Below, piece after piece: positions 25,320 through 38,199 of a DNA stretch of 64,000 nt. How positions within the stretch are numbered: the stretch's first letter is position 1; each line of letters starts with the position of its first letter. A model generated the notes under the pieces. That model saw only the letters and a list, made by a program, of their open reading frames with translations, ran no database searches and was not told where the DNA came from. Made by a program: the position numbers and the translations under genes. The DNA is from Chiloscyllium plagiosum (taxonomy: Eukaryota), in NCBI RefSeq assembly GCF_004010195.1, contig NC_057711.1, positions 78,034,560 to 78,098,559 of the forward strand, read 5' to 3'.

Positions 25320-28300
25320 GACTGGTTCAGTTGGAGGATGTACTCTGGCATTACTCACTCGACATTTCTTCAGTGATGACTGTTCTAGGAAAATTGTAAA
25401 TCACCAGTTATAGGCCACTGGCCTATCCATGACTGTCAGATTTCCTCTCACTGTGTGCAGGTAAAGGTGTATTTGCCTTTGGATCCACCTTTTTTTATTT
25501 CATGTTGGTCCTTCGCTCAGTCTCCAACTGACTATAGCTTTCCTGATGTAGCATCTCAAGTCATCATGAACTATGGCCAATGCTTCCTACTGACGATTGT
25601 CAATGTGGCAAACATAGGGAGACTTCTTCAAAGAGTCCTTGAAACATTTGAGTGGGACCTCTGTTGCATTTATCAGTGGTCAGCTCTCTGTACACATCTT
25701 GGGTAGACTACTGTTGCCCATCTCTGAGGAGAAAAACCTTGTCCTGGAGGTGTTGGCTGTTACTAGAACTTCAAAATTTGTGGTGCAGTCCAGCCAGCAG
25801 ATTTTGATGATGCTATGGAAGCCTGTGGAAGGCATGCATAATGGCAGTAAAGAATTCATGCCATACAGAAGGATGGTGACTACCATGGATATTGTATGCT
25901 CCACACATTTGTAGTGGAATGTGCTTTTGAAAACCCATCGTTCACTTCTTTGTCTATGGTAACATCAAATGAGATGTCAATTCCTAAATAGGTAAATTAC
26001 TTGACAGCTTCTAATTTCATTCCCTGAATGACCAAATTTTCTTTTTGGAGTCTGGGATGATACAAAACTTTCATTTTTTTTCTTATCTGATTTTTTGTCC
26101 AAAGAGTTGTGCTGTCTCAGAAAAATTTGTTATCCATTGCAGGTCTGACTGAGGGCCAGGAGAATACAATCACAATGAAAGGTCCACTGAAGTTTTCATG
26201 CACCTTTCATGTTTTTGAAGACACCACAGGTTGAAAAGACCTTAATCAATCTTGAAGCATATATAAATTCCCTTCCTAATGTCTTCCATTGCCTGCTGAA
26301 GCATCGTGCTGAATAACATAGTGAATAGAGTCAGGGCAGCGTCTTGTGGTGCTTGACTTGTCTGCACTATTTTTTAGGAAACTGCTTCATCATAATACAG
26401 ATTCTGAGTGAGCATCCAGGTTTACTGAGGATTTTCCAAAGTCCATCTCTGCACAAGTATCAAAGATCTCACCAAGGCATACAAGAATAATGTTTTCCTT
26501 TGGCCTCAATGCTCTCCTTAGATTTATCTGAAGGGAGATACACTGGCTATGGTGCCTCTATTTACTCTGAAACTGTACTGGCTCTTTGGAGATGTTTTGT
26601 CCATACTAGTAGGTACAGCCCTGTTCAGAGGTATTTCAGACAGCAACATTCCAGCAATAGAAAGGAAGCTGATCCCACACTAGTTAGAGCAACCTGACAT
26701 TTCTCCTTTGATTTTGTATAAGGTGGCAATAACAGAAACACGCATCCTATGGTATCCTGTTCTATTCCCAGGAGACCATAGAAAGCTCAAACACTTTGGT
26801 GTCTAGAGTGGGGTTACAATGCTTTTAGATTTCAAGTGGAATTCCATTGACTTCGGGGCTTTGTTGATGTTCAGGTTGGTGGCCATCTGTTTCCTCCAAG
26901 GTTGAGCTCTTATCCAGTTTTTCTTTGTGGTTAATGGTAGTATCATCTATTGTGTGTTTGGTGCTCAAGTCAAAGTGCTCTGACCAGGACACACTCCTTG
27001 TCAATGCATAGTATCTTACCTTTGGTGCTTCTCAAAGGGTTTTTGGTTCGATAAGCTGTCCATAGACAGATTTAAGTGTTACATTAAGCTTTTCATGTCA
27101 CCAATTTCAGTATACAGTTGAGTTTTTTTTTTCAGAAATATGATCCACTTTTTCTCTTTGCTGGCTGATCAAGCTAGGTGAGACTGATGAGGTGATTTTT
27201 GGATTTCTATATCATTTTCATCAAATAAGTCTTCTAAGTGCAGGGTCTGATGTCTTTAGAGGTAATTAGTACTGTAATAATGATGGATTTCTAGATTTCT
27301 TCCACAATGATATCAGCCAAGGAAAAAGGGTGTTCCAATCAAGTGTGCAAGGTTGTTCAACCCCTATATCTGTAAAATGAGACTTGCAGGTTGCTTTTGT
27401 TTATTTCCAGGTCGTTCTTGGGCTTAGCGTTGATCTGGAAGCTCAGTTTTGAGCAAACAAACCTGTGACCTGTATGACAGTCAACATTCGGCAGGACTCT
27501 AGTTTGCAGGTGTCATAGGTACACCAAGATGTAATCCGTTTGGTGCCATTGTTAGAGCAAGGAGATATCCATTTGGTCAGAAGCAGTTTTTTTGTTCAAA
27601 GAAGGTGTCAGTTATGGAAAGGTGTTTTTCTCTGCAGAGCTCCATGGGTAGACATCTGTTTCCCCTTGCAGGGTCTCAGCCTGTTGTTTCCAAGCAGCCC
27701 TTTCCTTCCAGGTTGTCATTGCCAACTCCGGCATTAAAGTAGTCAAGGAGGACCATCTTGCCCTTGAGACTGGGTATCATGGAGCTCTGTAAAACCTGCA
27801 TTTGTCAGGTTAACCAATAAAAACTGATGATGATTCCATGCTGCTGATCTTGAAGGGGGTGGTGCAGAGATAGAATGGCTGATGGGCAATCTTTTAAAGT
27901 TTAGAAGTAAAGCATTCTTCATCATGAAACTGACATAGAGGAGGCATTTCACTTGAGGTCTCCTGACCAATAGAAGTGGTAACTGGCATTGTATTCTGTC
28001 ACATTTCCTTGCTGTCCGAAGCAAACCTCACTCTGACCCATAACATCGTTCTCTAATCTAGCGAGCTCACGGGCCACCAGGGCTAGGAACATTGGGAGTG
28101 ACTGGTATAATCAGACTCTAGTATTCTTCTCATGTTCCAACAAGGAGTTTCAGAATATTTCCCCTTTTTTTCCCTGAACTTTTAAAGTCACAGTTTGGTC
28201 ATACCAAATAATGACCCTTAAATGTACAAGCCAACCAGGTGGCAGTGAGACCAGCATTTGCTTAGGTCTTTATCCTGGGCACCGCTGCAATTCAGGAGCT

Positions 28301-28480
28301 TACACTAACTGATCCCAATCTTTCAGCCTGGAGTTTATCTGTCATGGGCTAGCAAACTGGGGAAGCAACCATAGCCATAGGTTTGGATTCAGAGTTTCCT
28401 GTCCTAGTTGGGTTATCCACCAAGGGACCTTTCCTTCCCTTGCTGTTTGATCCATAGCTAGTACACCAGCAACCATATCC
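25320..28480 (-). mobile_element. Decayed, near full-length RTE-clade LINE (APE + RT)
   Basis: Minus-strand remnants WHQTDYILV (APE, near 27530) and VVTILLYG...IIKICWLD..TNFEVL (ORF 25680..25904). Many stops and frameshifts. Confidence 0.65.
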
Positions 28481-28679
28481 ACACATGAGGTGTGGGCACA
28501 TCTTTGGTCCTAACCATGATGGTCACTTGAGGCACTTGGACTCCTTCTTCCCTTGCTGCTACCTTTGTCAAGGAAGACTTCCACCCTGTTATGTTCATCA
28601 TTTCTCTGCCGTTTGCCTGCCAGCTAATACAGTGTGCCAGAATGTGGCACTGGAACCAGCAATAAGAAGCGTAGATGGG

Positions 28680-28880
28680 CTCCCCAGGCCCAGCCTTCCC
28701 CCCCCCCCCCCTTTCATTTATCTCTCCACCCCCGAGGCTCCCAGCCTCATTCCTGAAGGGCTTTTGCCTGAAACATTGATTTCCCTGCTTCTCAGATGCT
28801 GCCTGACCTGCTGTGCTTTTCCAGCACCTCTCAAATCTTGACTTTCATCTCCAGCATCTGCAGTACCCACTTCCTCCTAG
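28680..28880 (+). mobile_element. Penelope-like pLTR fragment
   Basis: CATTCCTGAAGGGCTTTTGCCTGAAAC (core with a 3-nt deletion) followed by the family tail. Confidence 0.65.
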
Positions 28881-28972
28881 CAATGATTCCAGTCCATCCT
28901 TAATGTAGCCTACAGCTAATTGAAAATACAATTGAATTACATCTATCTGAAAACCCCATACACACCACATCG

Positions 28973-30152
28973 ACAAAGATAGTAGAAAATATAGTCTTTG
29001 GTGTTTACATTGTAACTAGTTTCCTCTAGAATGTCAGTAAATTCACTGCACACAAAAGGTTACAAAAGCAAATTGACCATAATTTTAACTCCTTCCTAGC
29101 CAGGCACTCTTAATGATTGTATGTAAGTAGACACTGATGAGAATAGCTGGAATTTCCTCAGTGTAACTCTAAATGAGCGATGGGCTGTTCCAACTGGTAA
29201 AAACATCTCTAGCAGGATGCTGCCTTAAGAAGTGGAGGATCAAGAGAAGGAAGTCATAACATAAAAGATGTGAGTGAACCTTGTTAACTTTTTGATAATT
29301 GATCCATTGAGGAGAGAAAGATAGTTCAATGTAGTTATTCATTTAAGTAATGTTAATTTGAAGAGAGTATACAGTCAGCAATGACTGGTATCTCATTAAA
29401 AGAATTTATAGTACTGTTAAACATTCATATTTCCCTTGGTTATATTAGATTTTATCACTTGGTTAAATATGTTGGTCATGGTTAAAATTATTAGTTGTGT
29501 TTATCTCAAGCAAACACTTGACTTTTCTCTGTTAACAGAGGTATATAAGTAATTATCTCAGTTTATGGGAAAAGACATGCCAGCAAAACAAGACTGAACA
29601 GATATGGGAAATACTAGTTAGCTTAATTTTCACTGAGCTCATCAGACTTTGCCTAACATTTTGATGTTCTAGAAAATCAGTGTTTTGCTTAGCTCCTTAT
29701 CCTGGGCACCTCTGCAATTCAGGAGCTAGCAAAACCTTTTCAAAATGTTGCTTTGCTACTCTGTGATGAAATCAACCCAAAGTCGTCATTGAAAAGAATA
29801 ATTTCTTGACTGCCTGAATGCAAGATCGGAACTGTGACTGCCAGTGACACCTTTTGCTGGCATGATTATGGATTCGCACTAATGGAGCAGAGGTAGAATA
29901 GTACAATAATTTTGTTCTACCAAGAATTTCAGCTTAGACTACTAGTGTAGTTAGATCAATGTTCATAAAAATAAACAACACATTGCAATAACCTTATTTA
30001 TATGAAGAAACAAAGATAAAAGAAAATATAGTCTTTGGTGTTTACATTGTAACTAGTTTCCTCTAGAATGTCAGTAAATTCAATGCACACAAAAGGTTAC
30101 AAAAGCAAATTGACCATAATTTTAACTCCTTCCTAGCCAGGCACTCTTAATG
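28973..30152 (+). repeat. 143-bp direct repeat pair (28973-29115 and 30010-30152)
   Basis: Near-identical copies (about 3 differences by eye), offset by 1037 bp. Confidence 0.9.
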
Positions 30153-30419
30153 CAAATGATATTGCTAAGCAGAACTTCAGATTAAGGACATTTTTTCCTG
30201 TGAACTGTAATTATGGTGTAGACGAGAGAACTCGAGCTGCGAAAGATGTCACAAGTGCTGTAGCATGCCCACTAAACTGAGCCATAAGACGTTATAAGAC
30301 TGTAGTTTCAAAGAAGAGTGATTATGGATTTGAAACATTAACTCTGTCTCTCCACAAATGCTGCTAAACCTACTATCTTTTCCAAGCACTTTGATTTTAT
30401 TTCAGATTTACATAGTTCT

Positions 30420-31780
30420 AGAATACAATAGACCATTTGTAGTTGGAGAAAGAAAATCGCTTGAATTAGGTATTAGCCAGGTTGGCTCATGACTCAAAAA
30501 TAGGTAATAAAGTGAGTTCCAAAGAGAACATGAGACTGCAAAGAGATATAGATAGGTTAAGTGAGTGGGCAAAGATCCGGCAAATGGCGTATAATGTGGG
30601 AAAGTGTCAAAATATCCATTCCGGCAGAAAGGATATAAAATCATCTAAATGGTGAGTGGTTGCAGACATCCAAGATGTGGGGAGATCTGGATGTTCTAGT
30701 ACGTGACTAACAGAAAGTTAGTATTCAGGTACAGTAAGTAATTAAGAAAGCTAATTGAATGCTATGTTTTATTGCGAGGGGAATTGAATGAAAGATTAGT
30801 GAGGTCATACATCAGTTATGTGGAAAACAGGTGAGACTGCATCTGGAGAACTATGTAAAATGCTGGCGACCATACTTATAGAAGGAAGTTGTGTTAGAAA
30901 CAGTTCAGAGAAGATTTACTAAACTTTTTTCACTAAAGCAGAGGAGACTGAGGGGTGATCTTATAGAGATTTAGAAAATCATGAGACGTATTGACAAGGT
31001 GAATGACAAAGGTCTTTTCCCTAGGGGAAAGGGAGTTCAAAACCAGAAAGCACAGGTTTAAGGTGAGAGGGGTAAGATTTAAAAGGGACCTGAGGGGCAC
31101 ACAGGGTGATGCATATGTGCAATGAACTGCTTGAGGATATGGTAGAGACAGGCACAGTTGCAGCAATTAGAATGCATTTAGACTGGTACATGAATCAGAA
31201 AGGTTTAGAAGGATATGGGCCAAGTGCAGGCAAAATGGGAGTAGCTTAGTTTGGGAAATTAGTTGGCTTGAATGAGTTGGACCAAAGAGTCTGTTTCCAT
31301 ACTGTATGACTCTATGACTGACACCTGGAATGAGTGGATTGCTTTATGACGAAATGCTAGACTGACTAGACATGTATCCACTGGAGTTTAGAAAAGTCAG
31401 AGGTAACTTAAAATTGAAGTCTCTGAGGGGACTTCACCAAGTGAATGTTGAAAGGATTTTTCCTCTTGTGGGAGAATTTAGAACAAAATGTCACAATTTA
31501 AAAATAAGGGGTCACCATTTAAAACAGATGAGGATATTCTTTCTGTCCAAGGGTTGAACGTCTTTGGAATTCCCTTCCTTAAAGGGCAGTGGATGAAGAA
31601 TCTTTAAACATCTTTAAGGCAAATGTAGGTTCTTGATTACATAGGTGATGAAAGATGATCAGGGATCTGCGGGAATGTAGATTTGAGATTGAAATCAGGC
31701 AGTTATGGTCTTATTTGAATGGCGAAGCAGGGTTGAAGGGCCGAGTGGCCCATTCGCGTTCGTTGTCATGGGTTTCTATA
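30420..31780 (+). mobile_element. CR1 LINE fragment with a second CR1 3' end nested at about 30927-31320
   Basis: The outer ORF2 breaks at ...agaagatttactaaact and resumes at acacctggaatgagtgg. The insert ends in TATGACTCTATGACT. Confidence 0.75.
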
Positions 31781-32467
31781 TTCGCACGAAATGTCAGCGT
31801 TCAGGGCAAAAACAAAGGTATGAAGATATAGCAATTGACAGTACTGTCCATTAGACAACTGCCAGATCTCAAACAGCGATCCACTCAAACGATGGATGAC
31901 TCTGACCTCTGTTCACTTTAACTCTGCTTGATCTCACCAATACATTATGTAGTCTCCATTGAACTTGGGCATTTTTGTGGCCACATTCCTACACAAATTA
32001 TTCCTCATTTTATTTGTGTCTCTGCAACAAGGGCCCAGATGAGAATAGGATTAATAGTTCTGTCTCCAAATGCAGAAAGGTCATTGTTGGTGTATGGATG
32101 AAATTGTTAGCATCCCGATATGAAACACTCCATCTCTATGTTGGCTTTTTGTTGGACTCTTGGAGATAACAATGTATAATTGACCAATGCAGTATGTTAG
32201 CAAGCCTTGTCTAAAACTAAATTTCTTTCTGGTAATGTTGGTAAGGCATAAAGTAATCGTTACGTTTGGCATTACTTGATATAATTAAAATTCTTCCGTT
32301 CTGCCCTTAGGGAAAGCTCTTAAGTTTTCTACTGTAAATTTTCAGATGAAAAGTTATATACTACATGTGGTCTTCAAAAGAAGAGTGCTTTATATACAAA
32401 GAAATATTGTTGAAACTGGTGGAAAACAGCTCTGGACAACACAGTATAAATTGTAAAATCTTTGATT

Positions 32468-32790
32468 AGAATCATAAAATCCTCACACTACAGAAAGAGC
32501 CCATCAAGTCTGCACTGACACTCCAAACTTCATTCCACATATACCCATCCTGTCCCCATAACCCAGCATTTACCATAGCAAATCTATCTAGCCTGTACAT
32601 CACTGGGCACTACAGGGCAATTTAGCATGGCCAATTCACCTAACCTGCACATCTTTGAACTGTGGGAGGCAACCCACTCAGATACAGGGAGAACATGCAA
32701 ACTGCACACAGACAGTCATCCAAGGCTGGAATTGAAACTAGGTCCTGATACTGTAAGGCAGAGGTGCTAACCACTGAGCCACCATGCCAG
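32468..32790 (-). mobile_element. HE1/V-SINE
   Basis: Matches the other HE1 copies; head GGCATGGTGGCTCAGTGGTTAGCAC on -. Confidence 0.8.
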
Positions 32791-33951
32791 TTTCTGGATA
32801 TTGTCTCTCTTCTGCAGCTTGTTGCCTCCATAAGGTTGATTGAGGCATACAACTGTACAAAACCAGGAAGTATGTTTTCTATTTGTGGTAACATTTAGCT
32901 CAGTGCTTCAAAGGGTGAAAAGATTTATTTTTCTATTTGGAATCTCAAGCTTCAGAGAGATTTTCTTGCCCTTGCTGACCAAGTGCTTCTCCTCTGGGAA
33001 TTAGAAGAAGGAGAAGTGATCTCATTGAAACATAAGATTCTGGAGGGACTTGTCAAGTTAAACAGAATTTGTCCCTGCTGCCTGGGGAGTCTAAAACATG
33101 AGGACATAGTGATTTAACAGGGGTAGAGAACAGAGCACTTAGAACAGAGTAGCAATTTCTTCGCTCAAAAGGTTGGACTTTTCAGCCAGATGGTTGTGAA
33201 TACTCAATTATTGAATAAATTTAATGCTTGAATAGGGTTTTTTTATATTTTCAGGGTATTAAGGAATATGAAAATAGATAGGAAAATAAAGTTGAAGTTC
33301 AAAATCAGCCAAGATCTTATTGGATAGTTGAGTAGGCTAATTGGTCTACTCATGATCCTATCTCATGTTCTTGTGTTTCTTGGCATTCTTTCCTAATTAG
33401 CGAAATGTAGCTCTTGAAATTTCTCTTGCATAGAGATGTTCAGAAAAATGACCAAAAGCTTGGACAAAGTAGTAGGTTTTATGGAACACATTTAGGGAGG
33501 GTAGAATCAGAGGTTTGGGAGATTTCAGAACTTGGTACTTTGGCAACTGAAGGCATGGTGGAACATTTAAAATCCAGGATGCTGAAGATCAGAGTTAACA
33601 GATATCTCTGAGGGTTAACAGGCTGAAGGAAGTTAGAAATAGCAATGGCCAAAGCCATGGAGGAGTTTGACAGCAAGGCATTGAAACTTGACTAGGAATC
33701 AATCAACAGAACAAGCATAAGTTGGTAAGTGAAGGTAGTGAGAGTTAGGGCACAAGCAGTAGTTTTGAATGACCACATTTACCAAGCCAGAATTGGAACT
33801 ATCAAGTCTAAGAGAGCAAAGGATGAGGTTACAGAGCAGTTGCTCCGAGGAAGAGACGCAGTGGGGTGATGTTATTGAGGTGGGAATAGACTTGATAATC
33901 CAGATGTGTGATTAGAAATTCAGTGATGTCAAAGTAGGTACAATTTTTTTT

Positions 33952-34040
33952 GAAGAAGGGCATGTGCCCGAAACGTCGAATCTTCTGTTCCCTAGATGCT
34001 GCCTGACCTGCTGTGCTGTTCCAGCAATAAAGTTTCAGCC
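33952..34040 (+). mobile_element. Short PLE insert, same young subfamily as 18758-19278
   Basis: Nearly identical to 19154-19239. TSD ACAATTTTTTTT at 33940-33951 and 34041-34052. Confidence 0.85.
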
Positions 34041-35059
34041 ACAATTTTTTTTGGCCTCACAAAATTGGGAGAGAGAGAGAGAGAGATAAACAATTGGTAA
34101 CTAGGAAACAGAATTTGTGGTTGAGATGAAAACAATGCCTTTGTCCTGACAATATTTACATTGGAAGAAATTTTGTTCTGTTCTGGTCAATGATATGAGC
34201 ATTATATTTTTAAATTACTTGCAGTAGATATTTTTTGGCAGATCATTTTAATGACGCTAACAAGCTCACTTATCATCCCAGTTACCTTTCCCAATCTCTC
34301 ATTTTGTACTGTCTATTATTTATTGCTCATTCCTAGTTGTCCTTGAGAAACTATTTTGATTCTGTAAATGTTTTTTCTTTTAGCCCATATACTGCAGATA
34401 TAGTTTTATAAGCTTACTAAATCATATTCAAATCAGGTAAAAGCAAAATATTACAGAAGCTGGAATTTGTGGTAAAAACAGAAAATGCTGAAGAATGAAT
34501 GGAGACAAATAATTAATGTTTCAAGTCCAATATGACTACTTCAAAACTTACTTAAATGACTATTGAAGTTTTTGACTGCTAATAAGTTGAATATTTCCCA
34601 TACAGTTGACTCTGTAAAGTACACTATTTTCATACTAGGTTTTTCAGAGACCAAGTACTGTATGTGAAGAAGCCAGATTCCATTTTGGGGGTTTCTGTAT
34701 TACTTCATAGTGCCCTAGTGATCAGCAGTTCAGAACTGGACTTTCAAGCGGATAACCAATCTTTTTCCTTCCTCAGAAATGGAAAATCACATCAAAGTAA
34801 GGTGTTCCATTTAGCTACTACTGATTCAATGATAGTCTTGCAATTATTTGCTTAGGTTATTAAGTTCTAGTCTGTTAGAACTGGTTCTCAACTGACATCA
34901 ACCAATTATCGAACACTGACCTTTAATTGGAATGCTAATTCATTTTCTGTAATTAGGTTGTATTGTTTAATCATATATAATTATTCAGTTCTTGTGGAAC
35001 ATCATTTTTGAGGATAAAATAATTTATAGTTCCTACTGCTTTCATTTTTAACTTTGATT

Positions 35060-35705
35060 CATACAAACACAGAAAATGGGAGCAGGAGTAAGCTCATTTG
35101 GTCCATCGAGTCTGCTCTGCCATTCAATATGATTATGGATAATCATTCAACTCTGTACCCCGTTCTTCCTTCCTCCCATACTCCTGGATTTCATTAACTT
35201 ATTCTTGAAAACATTCAATTCCACAGGCTCACCACTCTCTGGATGGAGAAATTTCTCCTCTTCGCCATCCTAAATGGCTTACCCTGCATCCTTCGACTGT
35301 TAGCCCTGGTTCTGGACACCCAGATCAATGGGTACATTCTTCCTGCATTTATGCTGTCCAGTCCTGGTAGAATTTTATATGTTTCTATGAAATCTCTCTT
35401 CATTCTTTTAGTTGTAGAAAATACAGTCCCAGTCTCTTCATGCTTTCCTCATAGGACAATCCCAACAACACAGGAATTAGCCTGGTGAAACTCTGTTGCA
35501 CTCTCTTCATGAAAAGTATATCCTTCCTTGGGTAAGAGGACCAGAATGGCACAGGAAGTGCCAGATGTGTTCTCACCAAGTGAACATAATCATAATTAAT
35601 CCAGTCGTTCTTTGTATGCCATTCCCATTCTTGTACAGACAAGGAGACCAAAACTGCACACACTATTCCAGCTGTGATCTCACCAAGGTTCTGTACAATG
35701 GCAGC
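35060..35705 (-). mobile_element. CR1 LINE 3' fragment(s)
   Basis: ORFs 35400..35720 and 35215..35403: FWSSYPRKDIL..RVQQSFTRLIP..GLSYEE, DFIETYKIL. Confidence 0.8.
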
Positions 35706-36071
35706 AAGTTTCAAGTTCATAGAAACTTACACTGTCATGGTTTCTCCTCCACAATATTCCTTAATTTAGCCTTGTGGTTAGCTCATACAAGGGATGCTGT
35801 TGTTAGGCTATTTTAATTATTGCAGTTGTTTAAGGTTAATTTCTCCCTTAAAGATAATTGTTTATGCCACAAATAAAAAGCACTGTGGTTACAACATAGT
35901 GAGAGTGGGTGAGTTTGAATATTGACCAAGGCTAATTCAAGTTTTTATACTATATATTTGTGCAATGTTTATTATCTTGAATTGTAAATGTTACACTATT
36001 ATTGACGAATAAAAATTGTTAAATTTCATGTCCATGGCACATTTAATAAGGTGATTTAAATGTTTTATGTT

Positions 36072-36300
36072 GAGTTGAAGAGTGTGGTGCCGCAAAAGGA
36101 CAGCCGGTCAGGCAGCATCCGAGGAGCAGGAGAATCAACGTTTTGGGCAAAAGCCCTTCATCAGGAAGGGCCCTGATGAAGGGCTTATACCCGAAACGTC
36201 AATTCTTCTGTTCCGCAGATGCTGCCTGACTGGCTCTGCTTTTCCTGTATCACACTCTTTGACTCTGATCTCCAGCATTTACAGTCCTCACTTTCTCCTA
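36072..36300. mobile_element. Penelope-like inverted pLTR pair, older copy
   Basis: Head-to-head arms centred near 36168, each with a CTGATGAAGGGC...CC(G/A)AAACGT core, plus the family tail. Confidence 0.8.
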
Positions 36301-36368
36301 GTATGTTTTACAATGCATTGAAATGAAAATATATACTTTGTTTTACCATTGCTATCTATTTTCCTTAG

Positions 36369-36454
36369 AAAATTGAAAATGGAAGATTTGCCAAATACAA
36401 GTACTTTGGGCATAAGATGATTAATGATTCAGACTTGTTTATGATTACAAAAAG
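36369..36454 (+). CDS. VPS13A: VPS13A coding exon (86 nt; approx. human exon 70), KIENGRFAKYKYFGHKMINDSDLFMITK(S)
   Basis: tttccttag acceptor and AG|gtaaga donor. ENGRFAKYKYF matches the start of the VPS13A PH domain. Confidence 0.95.
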
Positions 36455-36719
36455 GTAAGATCATAAACTTTACATGGATTTGAAAAATCTGTTTTTAAAA
36501 TGCTGACATATTGTTCTGCTCTTTGTAATCAAATTTCAATTGCATTTGCAAAATTCCAAACCAATGGTATGGAGTTGTTATGTTTATAAGCTTTTATTTG
36601 GGATCAGTAAGAAAATGGTACAAAATTGGGTGATTGAACAGGGAGCACTTGGTTGCTTGCAATTTTACTGGAATATGTCATCTGTCACAATGCTCAGGAG
36701 AACAATGTGGCTGCACTGG

Positions 36720-38060
36720 TAGTAATCTTCCAGGAATCCTTAGCTTCTGGAAAGTCCCAGAGGATTGGGAAACTGCCAGTGTAACACCTTTATTTTCAAA
36801 GGGGAGGAGACAAAACAAAATAGGTAACTATAGGCCAGTTAGTTTAACCCATTCTTACTTTAAAGGATGAAATAGCAGAGCATCTAGAAATGTATAATGT
36901 AATCAAGTAGTCGGTATAGCTTCATGAAAGGGAATCATGCCTGACCATTGCATTAGAATTTTTGAGGAGGTAGCAAGCAGAATAGATAAAGGGGAACCAG
37001 TAAAAGCAATATATAGATTTTCACAAGACCTCTGATATGATAGCACACACTGGGCTCCATTATGTTGGAGGTAGTATATTAGCATGGATAAGAGGATTGA
37101 CTAACTAATAGAAGACAAAGCTGAGAAAGGGAAAGCATTTTCAGGCTGCAATCTGAAACTTTTGATTTGTCACAGGGATCAATGCTGGGGCTGCAAATAT
37201 TTACAATATATATGTAAATGATTTGAATGAGGAAAGTGAGTGTACTACAGCTCAATTTTTAGATGACACAGAAATAGACAGAAGGCAAGTGCTGAGGAAG
37301 ACGGTGTCTGCAGAAGGATATAGACAAGCTAAGCAAGTGGACAAAAATGGATAGAATATAATGTGATGAAATGTAAGATTATGCACTTTGGCACAAGAAT
37401 AGAGAGGAGCTGTATATTATTTAAATGGAGAAAAGCCATAAAAAGTTTCAGCTGGTAGAGAGCGCAAATGCAGTGCAGGCCTTTATTTCAAAGGGAAGGA
37501 ATATAAAGTAGCGAGGTTTTGCATAAACAATACAAGGCACTAGTCAGACCACAACGGGAATTTTGTGAACTATTTTGAGACCCTTATCTAAGAAAAGATA
37601 TACTGGCATTGGCGGTAGGTCAGAGAAGGTTCATTAGTCTGATACTATGTGTAGAGAGAGTGTCATTTGATTTAATTTATTGTGATCACGTGTACTTAAG
37701 TACAGTGAAAAGCTTGTTTGCAAGCAATACAGGCAGATCATAGCAAGGATATACAGAACATAGGGTGCTTAGACAGAGTGCAGCATCTAGATTGCACTGT
37801 ACACAAAGTGTGTGAAGCAAGATCAACATTATATGATGTTAGAGAGTCCATTCATCAGTCGAATAACAGCAGGGAAGAAGCTATTCTTGAACCTGTTGGT
37901 GCTTGTGTTCAAGCTTCTGCCTGACAGAAAAGCAATATGAAAAGTTGAGTAAGTTGGACTTATACTTTGAGTACAGGAGACTGAGCAGTAACCTATTGAA
38001 ACATACAAGATCCTTAAGGAACTTGGTAGGATTGACACAGAAAGGTTGTTTCCCCTGGAT
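36720..38060 (+). mobile_element. CR1 LINE RT fragment, interrupted by a Rex/Babar 3' end (about 37668-37935, -)
   Basis: KVPEDWETASVTPLFSKG...GNYRPVSLT. The insert encodes SGRSLNTSTNRFKNSFFPAVIRLMN. Confidence 0.8.
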
Positions 38061-38199
38061 TAAATGACTTGCTCAAAAGTCTTATGGAGATACGGTCTAC
38101 CTAGTCCGGTGGATGTGTTTTGAAGAGCAGAATTATTAATAATGTCCAAACCAATTTTATCCCTCAAAACAACATCACAATAAACAGATTTTCTAGCCA

